NCBI RefSeq assembly: GCF_006345805.1
Contig: NC_043026.1
Coordinates: 14,921,579-14,985,578, forward strand
Source of the DNA: Octopus sinensis
Taxonomy: Eukaryota
Direction of reading: 5' to 3'
Length of the DNA: 64,000 nucleotides
Part shown: piece by piece, positions 25,313 to 37,427 of the stretch
Numbering within the stretch: position 1 is the stretch's first letter
Layout of the letters: each line of letters opens with the position of its first letter
The notes under the pieces: model-generated
Seen by the model: the letters and a program-made list of their open reading frames with translations, nothing else
Database searches by the model: none
What the model was told of the DNA's origin: nothing
Translations under genes and position numbers: made by a program

Positions 25313-26543
25313 TTCCTATATTCTTTTACTTGTTTCAATCAGTTGAACTATGGTCATGCTGGAGCACTGCCTTTTAGTCAAAGAAATCGACACCAGGATA
25401 AATATGCGTGTGTATGTTTGTGTGTCTGTGTTTGTCTCCCTAGCATTGCTTGACAACCGATGCTGGTGTGTTTACGTCCCCGTCACTTAGCGGTTCGGCA
25501 AAAGAGACCAATAGAATAAGTACCGGGCTTACAAAAAGAATAAGTCCCGGGGTCGAGTTGTTCAATTAAAGGCGGTGCTCTAGCATGGCCACAGTCAAAT
25601 GACTGAAACAAGTAAAAGAGTAAAAGAGTAAGCCACTTATTCTCTTGGTCTTTTTTGCCGAACCGCTAGGTTACAGAGGACATTAATGCACCAACATTTG
25701 TTGTCAAGTGATGGGGGCAGGGATAAACACACACAAATACTTACATATACATAATTATATATATATATAGGCACAGGAGTGGCTGTGTGGTAAATAGCTT
25801 GCTTACCAACCACATGGTTGCGGGTTCAGTCCCACCGCGTGGCACCTTGGGCAAGTGTCTTCTACTATAGCCATGGGCCGACCAAAGCCTTGTGAGTGGA
25901 TTTGGTAGATGGAAAATGAAAGATCTGGGCTTTGATTGGCACGAGGCTATAGCAGAAGACACTTGCCCAAGGTGCCACGTAGTGGGACTGAACCCGGAAC
26001 CATGTGGTTGGTAAACAAGCTACATACCACACAGCCACTCCTGGTGACTTTGTTGAAGGATGTAGTGTGGTGGACAAGATTGACAGGACTGAAGGCTGAT
26101 AGTTTCCTCTTCAGCCAATCCCTCATCAACTTTTTCAAGATCTTCTAGAAAAAGTAAGGTTAAGGGTAGAGAGGGATTGAACCCGGAACCATGTGGTTGG
26201 TAAACAAGCTACTTACCACACAGCCACTCCTGCTCTGTGATTTACTTTGCAGTGTTCTAGCCTTACCCACGATCCTTTATACATTATATTTCTTTACTGC
26301 CCACAAGGGGCTAAACATAGAGGGGACAAACAAGGACAGACAAAGGGAGTAAGTCGATTACATCGACCCCAGTGCGTAACTGGTACTTAATTTATCGACA
26401 CCGAAAGGAGGAAAGGTAAAGTCGACCTCAGCGGAATTTGAACCCAGAACATAACGGCAGATGAAATACCGCTAAGCATTTTGCCCAGCCCACTAACGTT
26501 TCTGCCAGCTCGCCGCCTATCCTTTATACATTATACTCTACAC

Positions 26544-26762
26544 CAGTGGTTTTCAACCAGGGTTCCGCAGAACCTTAGGGTTCTGCCGGTACAGTCAAGG
26601 GGTTCCGCAAAAAGTTACAAAACTGCTAAAATCGGCAGTAATTTTTAATTCTCCTGTGCAGATATGTGTGCATAAGACTATTAAATTATTGCACAAGGGT
26701 TCCTCGAGCCAGTGGAATGTTTCCTTGGGGTTCCGCTCCAGCTAAAAGTTTGAAAAGCATTG
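26544..26762. mobile_element. hAT-type MITE, second copy
   Basis: Same TIRs, with an 8-bp target duplication CTCTACAC. Confidence 0.85.
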
Positions 26763-27276
26763 CTCTACACAATGCTTCATAGTAATTATTCCATTAGCAG
26801 GAGTGTCTGTGTGGTAAGTAGCTTGCTAACCAACCACATGGTTCCGGGTTCAGTCCCACTGTGTGGCACCTTGGGCAAGTGTCTTCTGCTATAGCCCCGG
26901 GCCGACCAATGCCTTGTGAGTGGATTTGGTAGACGGAAACTGAAAGAAGCCCGTCGTATATATGTATATATATATATGTGTGTGTGTGTATTTGTGTGTT
27001 TGTGTGTCTGTGTTTGTCCCCCTAGCATTGCTTGACAACCGATGCTGGTGTGTTTATGTCCCCGTCACTTAGCAGTTCGGCAAAATAAACCGATAGAATA
27101 AGTACTGGGCTTACAAAGAATAAGTCCCGGGGTCGATTTGCTTGACTAAAGGCGGTGCTCCAGCATGGCCGCAGTCAAATGACTGAAACAAGTAAAAGAG
27201 TAGAGTTATATATACCCCTCCCCCCTCCACACACACATATGTATACATCAGCAATTCTTATTTTTTTTGCTTGAAG

Positions 27277-27393
27277 ACAATGAAAAAGCTGAAGGAACTC
27301 GATGAGCACTTAAAGTTGACGACCCTTCGGACGCAGCGTAAAGTAGAATCCTTGAAATCGCAGTTCCAGGAGCACAGGTTCAAATGGGATGAG
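27277..27393 (+). CDS. Gene 1 exon: TMKKLKELDEHLKLTTLRTQRKVESLKSQFQEHRFKWDE
   Basis: Acceptor tttttgcttgaag, donor GAG|GTGAGT, phase 0->0, strong coiled-coil character. Confidence 0.85.
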
Positions 27394-27561
27394 GTGAGTT
27401 GGACTATGGCCATGCTGGAGCACCGGGATAAATATATATATATATAAGTACAAAGTGAGATAGGGGTTATATACACTTATATATATATATATATTCTTGT
27501 GTATATGTATTTTGTTTCATATTTATATTTGCATTTTATATTTTTATAATTGTACTTTATA

Positions 27562-27687
27562 ATCTCTGATGAGGCCTTGAGATATATATATAAGTAACTC
27601 ATTTTTAAGTGCATATTACCTCAATACATATGACTAATATAGGCACAATGAGATACCTTTATCTACAGGCTGAAACAGCTGTAAGAT
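27562..27687 (+). ncRNA. Type I hammerhead motif with a large stem II insert
   Basis: ATCT-CTGATGA-GGCCT...AGGCT-GAAA-CAGCTG-TA-AGAT. Intact core, palindromic CAGCUG, GUA triplet. Confidence 0.7.
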
Positions 27688-28413
27688 CCATTATATATGT
27701 ATTATTTTTATGGCATCATCTTACTTATTGACGTATATTGTGTTATTCTGTTGGATTTGGATGTTCCTATTTAAGTAGCTAATAAATAATATGAATTGGT
27801 ATTTTCTGTAAGTTGATGATTGAAAGGAATCTGTTCCTCCATTTTCTTATTTGTATTATATATATATATATCACATGATCACGTGACCGACCAGGCTATC
27901 AGATGTTGCTGCACATCACTGGTCACAATGCGTTCGCATTGTTTTAGCCTTCGCACGACACCACCCCGCTGGCTAAGCGAGCAGGCTAACAGAAGAAAGA
28001 GTGAGCCTCGTGGAGCTTTTAGGTTTTTTCGCTCAATAAACACACAATCGAAACCGCGATCATTCGGCCGCGAGTTCGCTGCCCTAACCACTGGGCCATT
28101 GCGCCTCCACTATATATATATATATATATTAAATTAGAGATTAAACCACTATTAGGCAAATCAAACAGTGAAAATCATAAACCAATACATAGAAATAAAA
28201 TAATTAATAAAAAATATATAAAATATAAAATTCAAAATTTAAATTATTTAAATTTAAAGTTAAAATTCAAAAAATTATTTAAATTAATAATTTTACTTAT
28301 AAATTTATATATATATATATTTTATTATTATTATTTTATATATATATATATATACTATATATATATATAACTATCAAAAGTATTAAAAGTTTAATATAAG
28401 CTCAAGAGTAAAA

Positions 28414-28510
28414 CCACTACGATCGTTTCATGCCCATAAACCAATTTGAATAACAATAATTTAAATTCAATTAATAATTCGAATTATGGTTATAGTCAAT
28501 CTTCAGGTTA
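28414..28510 (-). ncRNA. Degenerate type I hammerhead motif
   Basis: Minus strand: TAAC-CTGAAGA-TTGACTATA...TATGGGCAT-GAAA-CGATCG-TA-GTGG. Same family as 42909. Confidence 0.5.
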
Positions 28511-28727
28511 ATTATAATATTTAAATGAATAATCAGAAATATTTAAACAATATTTTTTAAGAAATAAATAAAATAATAATTTTCTTATAAAAAACTCTAT
28601 TATCAAAATAGAAACTTAAAACAATAATGATTATGTCCAACCTCATTTTGATTATATATATAATGTGATGGGGGAGAGAGAGATTATCGATAGATAGACC
28701 TTCTCAGGTACATATTTTATTTTACAG

Positions 28728-28847
28728 GAACGAGAACTGTTACACGAACAGGTGAAACAACTGCGCCACCTGCAGGTGACAGCTGAAAAAGAGGCTGACA
28801 ACGTGATGTCACAGCTGGAAGACTTCATCAGTGAACAGGAGAAGATG
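28728..28847 (+). CDS. Gene 1 exon: ERELLHEQVKQLRHLQVTAEKEADNVMSQLEDFISEQEKM
   Basis: Acceptor tattttacag, donor ATG|GTAAGC, phase 0->0. Confidence 0.85.
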
Positions 28848-29269
28848 GTAAGCGGAGAGGAGTGGCTAGAGGAGGGAGGGGCCGAAGAGGGAGGTGACCA
28901 AGACGGAGTGGTGGTGCCAGGAGACGGACACAGTGGCGACGGTGGTGGTGGTGGTGGTGGTGGTGGTGGTGGTGGCGGTGACGGGGCGGATGTAGAAAAA
29001 GCGATGGTGCAAAGTATGGGCGAAGGTGGTGGCGGCGGTGGCAGTGGTCAGTTGGGAGTGACCGACCAGGAGAAGCAACGTTAATGAGAGAGGATGTGTA
29101 TGTTTTATTTTAAGCATGGATGTGTGAGTGTGCATGTGTGTGAGTGTGAGAGTGCGCACGCACGTGTGTGTGTGGTGTGTGTGTGTGTGTGTGTGTGAGT
29201 GTGTGTGTGTGCTTGGTAGAACAGCACACTATCTAATAATACATATCTATATATTTATACATATATATA

Positions 29270-29330
<61 letters not shown>

Positions 29331-29332
<2 letters not shown>

Positions 29333-30560
29333 TGGGTTGGCAACTAAGTTCCTGGCGTTTTTTTTTTAATTTTAATTTTTTAAAAAGTTAAATAAAAAAT
29401 AACTAATTAATCAATAATGTATTCACTCTTGTTGTTTAAAAATTCTTCCCAACGTTCAACAAGATTTTCAATACCTCATTGGTAGAAATCACCTGATTCT
29501 GACTCGAAAAATTGATCCAATCAAGCTCTCAATTCTGCATCAGTATTGAACGAAACTCCGCGCATAGCATTTGAAAGAGATCGAAAGAGGTGGAAATCCA
29601 TTGGTGCCAAATCAGGAGAGTATGGCGGGTGTGGCAGCACTTCCCAGCCATGTGTTTGAATGGCTTCCTTGGTCATATTGGCGATATGAGGGCAGGCGTT
29701 ATCGTGCAGCTGAAGAACTCCATGCTGACGATTAGGTCTCTTCTCTTGAATAGCCATGTTGAGTCGTTCCATCTATTGAGCATAGAGTTCCACATTGACT
29801 GTTTGATTCCATTCAAGCAATTCATAATGGACAACCTCTTCCCAGTCCCACAATATGCACAACATCGTTTTACACAGATGAAGACCTTGTTTCATGCTGG
29901 GTGTCGCTTGTTTACCAGGGCTAAGCCATTCCTTACACTGCTTCATATTGATGTGCAAGCACCATTTTTCATCACCAGTAACGATTCGGTAAAGAAATCG
30001 TTGCTTGTGTCCATGAGTTGAGCGGTGATGAGCAAGCAAACCAGCGGAGATTGTGGCTCGTTGATTTTTGTTGATGTCACTTAAAGCATGCAGAACCCAT
30101 GCTCCATACTTCTGAACCTTTCCCATCAAGTGAGATGCTTCTCTATAGCAGTGTGGGAGCATTCCATTTTTTCTGCCAGTTCCCTTGTCGTTTGGTGAGA
30201 ATTTTCATGCAAAAGTTGGCTCACTCACTCTTCATTGAACTCAACTGGACGGCCAAAATGAGGTGTGTCTTTGAGGTCGAAATTTCCATTTTGGAACTTT
30301 GCATACCAATCACGAGTGGTTCCTTCAGCGATGGCACCCTCTCCATACACAGCACAAATGTCGCAAGCAGCTTTTGTGATCTTAGAGCCTTGATTAAAAG
30401 CAAAAAGAAGGAGGTGTCAAAAATACTCATTTTTCTTAACTTGACATACCATTTTAATGATCTGAAAATAAACAAAAATTAACAAGAAAAAAAAAATAGA
30501 TTCCAAAATGATTCAAAAATAAAATAAAAAAAATAACGATGGAAACTTTGCCAACCCAAT
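29331..30560 (-). mobile_element. Full-length but inactivated mariner transposon (DD34D)
   Basis: TIRs ATTGGGTTGGCAA at both ends in TA context. Broken ORF with WVLHAL, IVTGDEKW, LHDNACPH and YSPDLAPMD, and 34 residues between the last two Asp. Confidence 0.9.
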
Positions 30561-30577
30561 ATATATTATATATATAC

Positions 30578-30616
<39 letters not shown>

Positions 30617-30617
30617 T

Positions 30618-30664
<47 letters not shown>

Positions 30665-30733
30665 CATACATATATACACACACACACATATATATATATA
30701 CATATACTCTCACACACACACATATATATACAT

Positions 30734-30764
<31 letters not shown>

Positions 30765-30811
30765 CACATATACACTCAAACTATATATATATGTATATAT
30801 ATACATATATA

Positions 30812-30853
<42 letters not shown>

Positions 30854-30855
30854 TA

Positions 30856-30899
<44 letters not shown>

Positions 30900-31690
30900 C
30901 ATGTATAGAGGTTGAAAGAAAGGGAGCTCTCAGTGAAAGTTTGATACACACACATACACACCCTTATGGCCCTTTAGTATTTGGGTACCTAATTACATTC
31001 TACCTTTTTAACTTCTCTCCTTTTTATTTATTATTTTTTAAATTCACCTTTTCTCGTTTTTTTCTTTATTCCCTTTTTTTCTTTTATCTTACTCTTTTCC
31101 TTTTATTTAGTACCTTATTTGAATCAAAAGACAAACTTTTTATAAATGATTTTATAATAAGAGATTTCATGTCAAATTATTTTATTTTACTTTATTTCAT
31201 TTTAGTTTTTCATTTTGCAGAATTTATTCTCTGGCTTTAAGTCTCTCTCTAACTATACTCTTTACTCTTTTACCGGTTTCAGTCATTTGACTGCGGCCAT
31301 GCTGGAGCACCGCCTTTAATCGACCAACTCGACTCCTGGGACTTTTTCTTTTGTAAGCCCAGTACTTATTCTATCAGTCTCTTTTGCCGAACCGCTAAGT
31401 AACGGGGGACATAAACACACCAGCATTGGTTGTCAAGCAATGCTAGGGGGGCAAACACAGACACACAAACATATACACACATACATATATACGACGGGCT
31501 TCTTTCAGTTTCTGTTTACCAAATCCACTCACAAGGCTTTGGTCGGCGCAAGGCTATAGTGGAAGACACTTGCTCAAGGTGCCACGCAGTGGGACTGAAC
31601 CCGGAACCATGTGGTTGGTAAACAAGCTACTTACCACACAGCCACTCTTGGTGACTTTGTTGAAGAATGTAGTGTGTTGGACAAGATTGA

Positions 31691-31728
<38 letters not shown>

Positions 31729-32195
31729 ATAATTAAAGTAAAAAAAAGGGCGAAAAAATTGGATATTAATTTAATAACATCAATTTAAACACCAGTGGTC
31801 TAGCGCATAAAAGACTGAGATTCAGTAAATATTATTAATATACAGCTATGAGAGAGAATCCACTATGTGGACGCTCTTACACTAGATATAGATCCGCATA
31901 TATATATATATTTAGTTTTCTGTATATGTATATATATATGCGTGTGTGTGTGTGTGAGTGTATGTGTGAGGAAAAGATGTTTTGTGTTGTGTTGTGTTGA
32001 ATCTTGAAATAACAATGAAAGAAAGAAAGAAAGAAAGAAGGTAAAGAGGAGGGTCACATAGTATTATTTCTCTTTGAAGTTGTTTTAAAACTGTTGAAAC
32101 ATTAAATAAAGATGGATGAAACAAGAACGCTATTTCAATTATTATTATTATTATCATTATTATTATCATTATTGTTATTATTATTATTATTATTA

Positions 32196-32247
<52 letters not shown>

Positions 32248-32509
32248 GGGTGGCGAGCTAGCAGAAATGTTAGCACGTCGGGCGAAATGCGTAGCCGTAT
32301 TTCGTCTGCCGTTATGTTCTGAGTTCAAATTCCGCCGAGGTCGACTTTGCCTTTCATCCTTTCGGGGTCGATAAATAAAGTACCAGTTACGCACTTGGAT
32401 CGATGTAATCGACTTAATCCCTTTGTCTGTCTTTGTTTGTCCCCTCTATGTTTAGCCCCTAGTGGGCAATAAATAAATAAAGAAATATATTATTATTATT
32501 ATTATTATC

Positions 32510-32540
<31 letters not shown>

Positions 32541-32944
32541 TTATTATTTTCCTCAACGGCCACGATCGGATGGTGCCTCCTACGTGCCACTGACACGGAG
32601 GCCAGTCGGAGCGGCGCTGGCAACGGCCCCATTCCTATTTCTTTACTACCCACAAGGGGCTAAACACAGAGGAGACAAACAAGGACAGACAAACGGATTA
32701 AGTCGATTTCATGGACCCCAGTGCGTAACTGGTACCCATTCCGATGGTGCTCTTATGTGCCTCCGGCACTGGTATTACAGTTACAATTTCCATTGATGTT
32801 GATAGATTTCGATTTTGATTTTGATTCTCATTAGAAGAAAGCCAAAGGAAGATGGTCATTGGAGGAAAGCCCTTCAACAGAGGAGAGAGAAACAAACTTA
32901 GCTTGCTCTTCCTTTGGAAAGGATGTAAAGTTAAATTAAGTTTA

Positions 32945-33690
32945 TTTTTTGGCTCAAAATGCAAAAATCAAGGCCATGTAGGGGGACATGGAGTTATGTA
33001 CAAGGAGGGTGTTCATGCAAAGAGTTCAGGCCATTTCTGGTCAAGGGAGACTTTGAACCGAGCGGTCGTCGGCATCTTCACTATCTCGTCCGGCAGCTTA
33101 TTCCACAGATCTACAACCTGGACGGAGAAAGCCCCTCTCCTTCAATTGAGATGAAAGTTACATGAGTATACGATGAGGGAGCTGTGATGAATCATGAATA
33201 TCACTCTCTTTGGCTCAAAAAGCAAAAAGCAAGGCCATGTAGGGGGACATGGAGTTATGTACAAGGAGGGTGTTCATGCAAAGAGTTCAGGCCATTTCTG
33301 GTCAAGGGAGACTTTGAACCGAGCGGTCGTCGGCATCTTCACTATCTCGTCCGGCAGCTTATTCCACGGATCCGCAACCCAGATGGAGAAAGCCCCTCTC
33401 CTTCGATTAAGATGAAATTGTCGCAGATAGAGCTTTTCGGAGTGACCCCTCAGCCGACTCTCTATGTGTGTGTGTATATATAGTTAAGTTAATTTTTTGG
33501 CTCAAAAAGCAAAAGCAAGGCCATGTAGGGGGACATGGAGTTATGTACAGGGAGGGTGTTCATGCAAGGAGTTCAGACCATTTCTGGTCAAGAGAGACTT
33601 TGAACCGAGTGTCGGCATCTTCACTATTTCGTCTGGCAGCTTATTCCACGGATCCGCAACCCGGACAGAGAAAGCCCCTCTCCTTCGAAG
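32945..33690 (-). mobile_element. Three tandem copies of a CR1-type LINE 3' end
   Basis: Units start at about 32945, 33207 and 33494 and encode RRGAFSVRVxDxWNKLPDEIVKMPT. Confidence 0.75.
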
Positions 33691-33871
33691 AAAACCAAGT
33701 TGACAATGGTATGATTCTGCTAAATATTGACAGGTTCTGAATGCATCACACATCCAAGCAAAAAAAATTCCTTAAAACTGTTGTCCTTGTCCATTTTCAG
33801 TGACTCTGTGATACTCTCATCTTGTTGTTTGATAGGATTGGATAATGAGGGGGCAGTATTATTTCAGTAAG

Positions 33872-34103
33872 GCGGCGAGTTGGCAGAAACGTTAGCACGC
33901 CTGGCAAAATTCTTACCGGTATTTTGTCTGCTGCTACGTTCTGAGTTCAAATTCCACCGAGGTCGACTTTGACTTTCATCCTTTCGCGGTCGATTAAATA
34001 AGGACCAGTTATGCACTGGGGGTCGATATAATCGACTTAATCCGTTTGTCTGTCCTTGTTTGTCCCCTCTGTGTTTAGCCCCTTGTGGGTAGTAAAGAAA
34101 TAA
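33872..34103 (+). mobile_element. SINE family C with a 17-bp target-site duplication
   Basis: AGTATTATTTCAGTAAG at 33855-33871 and 34103-34119. Other copies at 3734-3968, 13685-13900 (-), 15150-15380 (-), 21150-21370 (-), 26288-26520 (-) and 32243-32480. Confidence 0.85.
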
Positions 34104-34622
34104 GTATTATTTCAGTAAGCCTTGAATTTCAAGACATGGTCAATCTTCTCGGACCAGAGGGTAAATTTATGGTCTTCGATGTGAACAGTAGCGAAACTGG
34201 TACCTTTAGACTAGTAACTGGAAGGTCAAATTTCTTCAGAAACCTAGAAGCATTTCTGGGGAGGACCTGGTTAGGGTTACTAGTCAAGGACTAGAATTGT
34301 ATTTTAGATGCATAGAAAGACTACATGGGACTAGCATCTAGGAAAAGGGGGTACAAAAGCCTTGAAAACCTGCTCAGAAGTTTTCTCTCTTTCCTCTCTT
34401 TTACTTGTTTCAGTCATTTGACTGCGGCCATGCTGGAGCACTGCCTTTAGTTGAGCAAATCGACCCCGGGACTTATTCTTTGTAAGCCCAGTACTTATTC
34501 TATCAGTCTCTTTTGCCAAACTGCTAAGTGACGGGGACATAAACACACCAGCATCAGTTGTCAAGCAATGTTAGGGGGACAAACACACACACACACACAC
34601 ATATATATATACATATATATAT

Positions 34623-34659
<37 letters not shown>

Positions 34660-35307
34660 CGATGGTCTTCTTTCAGTTTCCGTCTACCAAATCCACTCAC
34701 AAGGCATTGGTCGGCCCGGGGCTATAGCAGAAGACACTTGCCCAAGATGCCCCGCAGTGGGACTGAACCCGGAACCATGTGGCTGGTTAGCAAGCTACTT
34801 ACCACACAGCCACTCCTGCGCCTTTCCAGTTGTCTGACAAGTGCCAAATGGATATGTCTGATGTGTGGGTTTAGCCATGGAGCAACCACAGTAGGTCATC
34901 CTGATCATACCTAGGTAGAATATTCATTAGGTCAGGGATAAGGAACAGCTTAAGACGTCCACAGTTCAAACTGGTTGATTACACAAACCTTAAATTTATG
35001 ATGGGCTCAGTCAATTTGTAAAGGACCTGTAGACAGGGAGCCAGTTATTGGAGGCTGAATGTTACCTTACTGACACAAAAACTATTGACTTAGTTAAGTG
35101 AATTAGTTTAGCAGCAGTTGATGGGGTGCCCTGAAAAAAGGGAATTGGAATAGCATCAGTAGTTTTTAGGGAAGAGCTAGCAATAGAAGAAACTAGATTA
35201 GGGGGAGAACAAGTTAGCAATCTAAAAGGCATCAATATTTCTTTCATTCAACAGGGGGAAATTTAAAATCTTGGATGCGAGAAGCAGCTGGCATTTCTGA
35301 CATTGTG

Positions 35308-35353
<46 letters not shown>

Positions 35354-35355
35354 GA

Positions 35356-35386
<31 letters not shown>

Positions 35387-36559
35387 AACAGCCAGGTTTC
35401 CTGTGTCCCTAATTTCACCAAACGTGGCTGTGTGGTAAGAAGCTTTCTTCCCAACCACATGGTTCCGGGTTCAGTCCCACTGTGTGGCACCTTGGGCAAG
35501 TGTCTTCTACTATAGCCTCAAGCCAATCAAAGCCTTGTGGGTGGATTTGGTAGATGGAAACTGAAAGAAGCTTGTCATATATCTGTATATATTTGTGTGT
35601 CTGTGTTTGCCTCCCCCTCCCCACCACCACCACCATTGCTTGACAACCAACATTGATGTGTTTACATTCCTGTAACTTAGCAGTTCAGCAAAAGAGACTG
35701 ATAGAATAAGTACTAGGCTTACAAAGAATAAGTCCTGGGGTCGATTTGCTTGACTAAAGGCGGTGCTCCAGCATGGCCACAGTCAAATGACTGAAACAAG
35801 TAAAAGAGACTGGTAGAATAAGCACTAGGCTTACAAATAATAAGTCCTGTGGTGGGGGGGCAGTTTGTTTGCCTAAAAGGCGGTGCTCCAGCATGGCCAC
35901 AGTCAAATGACTGAAACCAGTAATAAAGAAATAAGAAAAAAAGAATGAGAAACCAATGTAAAAGAAGATGGCAGACACCTGCCATTCCGTGTCAACAGGT
36001 TTCACCTCTTTCTCTCCATTTACTCCCAGCAACCCTCATATAATAAGGGGGCACCCACGTGTTTCCCCTGTATCCAAGACACTTGTTATTGTGTGCCGAC
36101 AACAATTTAACCACACAGAACTTGGCACAGTTGCCAAGCTTGACACTCCTCAAAGCATGAGCACAAGGATAAAATGAAGATTTGTAGACATATTCCACCC
36201 AACATGGCAGGCCCTGTTGTTCTCAGGATCCACCAGATTTTTGATTTTGGTTAACAAGAACTACCTATAGGCGCAGGAGTGGCTGTGTGGTAAGTAGCTT
36301 GCTTACCAACCACATGGTTCCGGGTTCAGTCCCACGGCGTGGCACCTTGGGCAAGTGTCTTCTACTATAGGCTCGGGCCGACCAAAGCCTTGTGAGTGGA
36401 TTTGGTAGACGGAAACTGAAAGAAGCTCGTCGTATATATGTATATGTATATATGTATATGTATATATGTCTGCTTGGAACTGCAAGAATTCTTTGCAGGA
36501 TTCTTGAAGTATAACCAGGAAACAGGTGTCCCCTTAGTCTGCTGGCTGTATTCTGCTCA

Positions 36560-36964
36560 ATACCACAGATTTGCTTGTCAGTTGTTTGACCATGACCAGT
36601 TGAGCATGTCCCTTAGTGGCTGATGATATGTGCATCTCTGATCACGAGCAGAAGTAGTGGGGGAGCATCATAGCCATGTGTTGAGAGGGATTCTTTGGGT
36701 GTTTCATTTGATATCCTTAAACAACCCTTATTCTGGGACCTTTTGAGCGGGATGGGTTACTCAACCAGAAGAAAATTCTAACTGGACCCCACCTGCAAGG
36801 TCATGCACTGTTCATCTTGATATGAGATCACAAAGTCATGCACATATGGTTGTGATGCATGTGCCTGGTGTATCCTTATCAGATGGGTAGTCATGATGGG
36901 TATACTGGGCTTTGTATATTTTACCCCAGTGTCACTTTGATAGCATGCACTGCTCTCTCACTCA
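36560..36964 (+). mobile_element. Non-coding repeat ending in (TAA)n, a possible non-autonomous partner of the R4/Dong elements
   Basis: It ends ...ctctcactcAATAATAAT directly upstream of the R4/Dong fragments. The 5' boundary is uncertain. Confidence 0.4.
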
Positions 36965-36987
36965 ATAATAATAATAATAATAATAAT

Positions 36988-37359
36988 GCTTTCTAATTGA
37001 TGTATCAATACCAGCAGATGACAATGTGTCTCTAAAAGAAATGGAGAAACTTTCAAAATACAAAGACCTGGAAATAGAGGTAACTCGAATGTGGAATCTA
37101 AAAACAGAAACAATTCCTATCATAGTAGGTGCATTAGGCATGATAAAAAAATATTCAGACAAATACATAACAAAAATACCAGGACTTACAAATATATATA
37201 ACATACAGAAAATTGCACTACTGGGCACTGCACACCTCCTACGCAGAACACTTTCAATACAGTAACCATAAGAGCATCACAACAAAACACAGCACATACC
37301 CAAGGCACACAGAGCTGCGCTCGGTAGTGAAGTGAAAGCACGCCATAAAAATAAAACTA

Positions 37360-37362
<3 letters not shown>
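36988..37362 (+). mobile_element. 5'-truncated R4/Dong-type non-LTR retroposon (RLE C-terminus and 3' UTR)
   Basis: LIDVSIPADDNVSLKEMEKLSKYKDL...PIIVGALG...IQKIALLGTAH, flanked by (TAA)n on both sides. Confidence 0.85.
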
Positions 37363-37415
<53 letters not shown>

Positions 37416-37427
37416 TAATAATAATAA

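Noticed and set aside
34085-35395. Plus-strand gene 1 exons at 34116-34160 and 35255-35395
   Set aside because: Their phases do not fit the 0->0 junction between 28847 and 38863, and the 34116 acceptor is part of a SINE target duplication.
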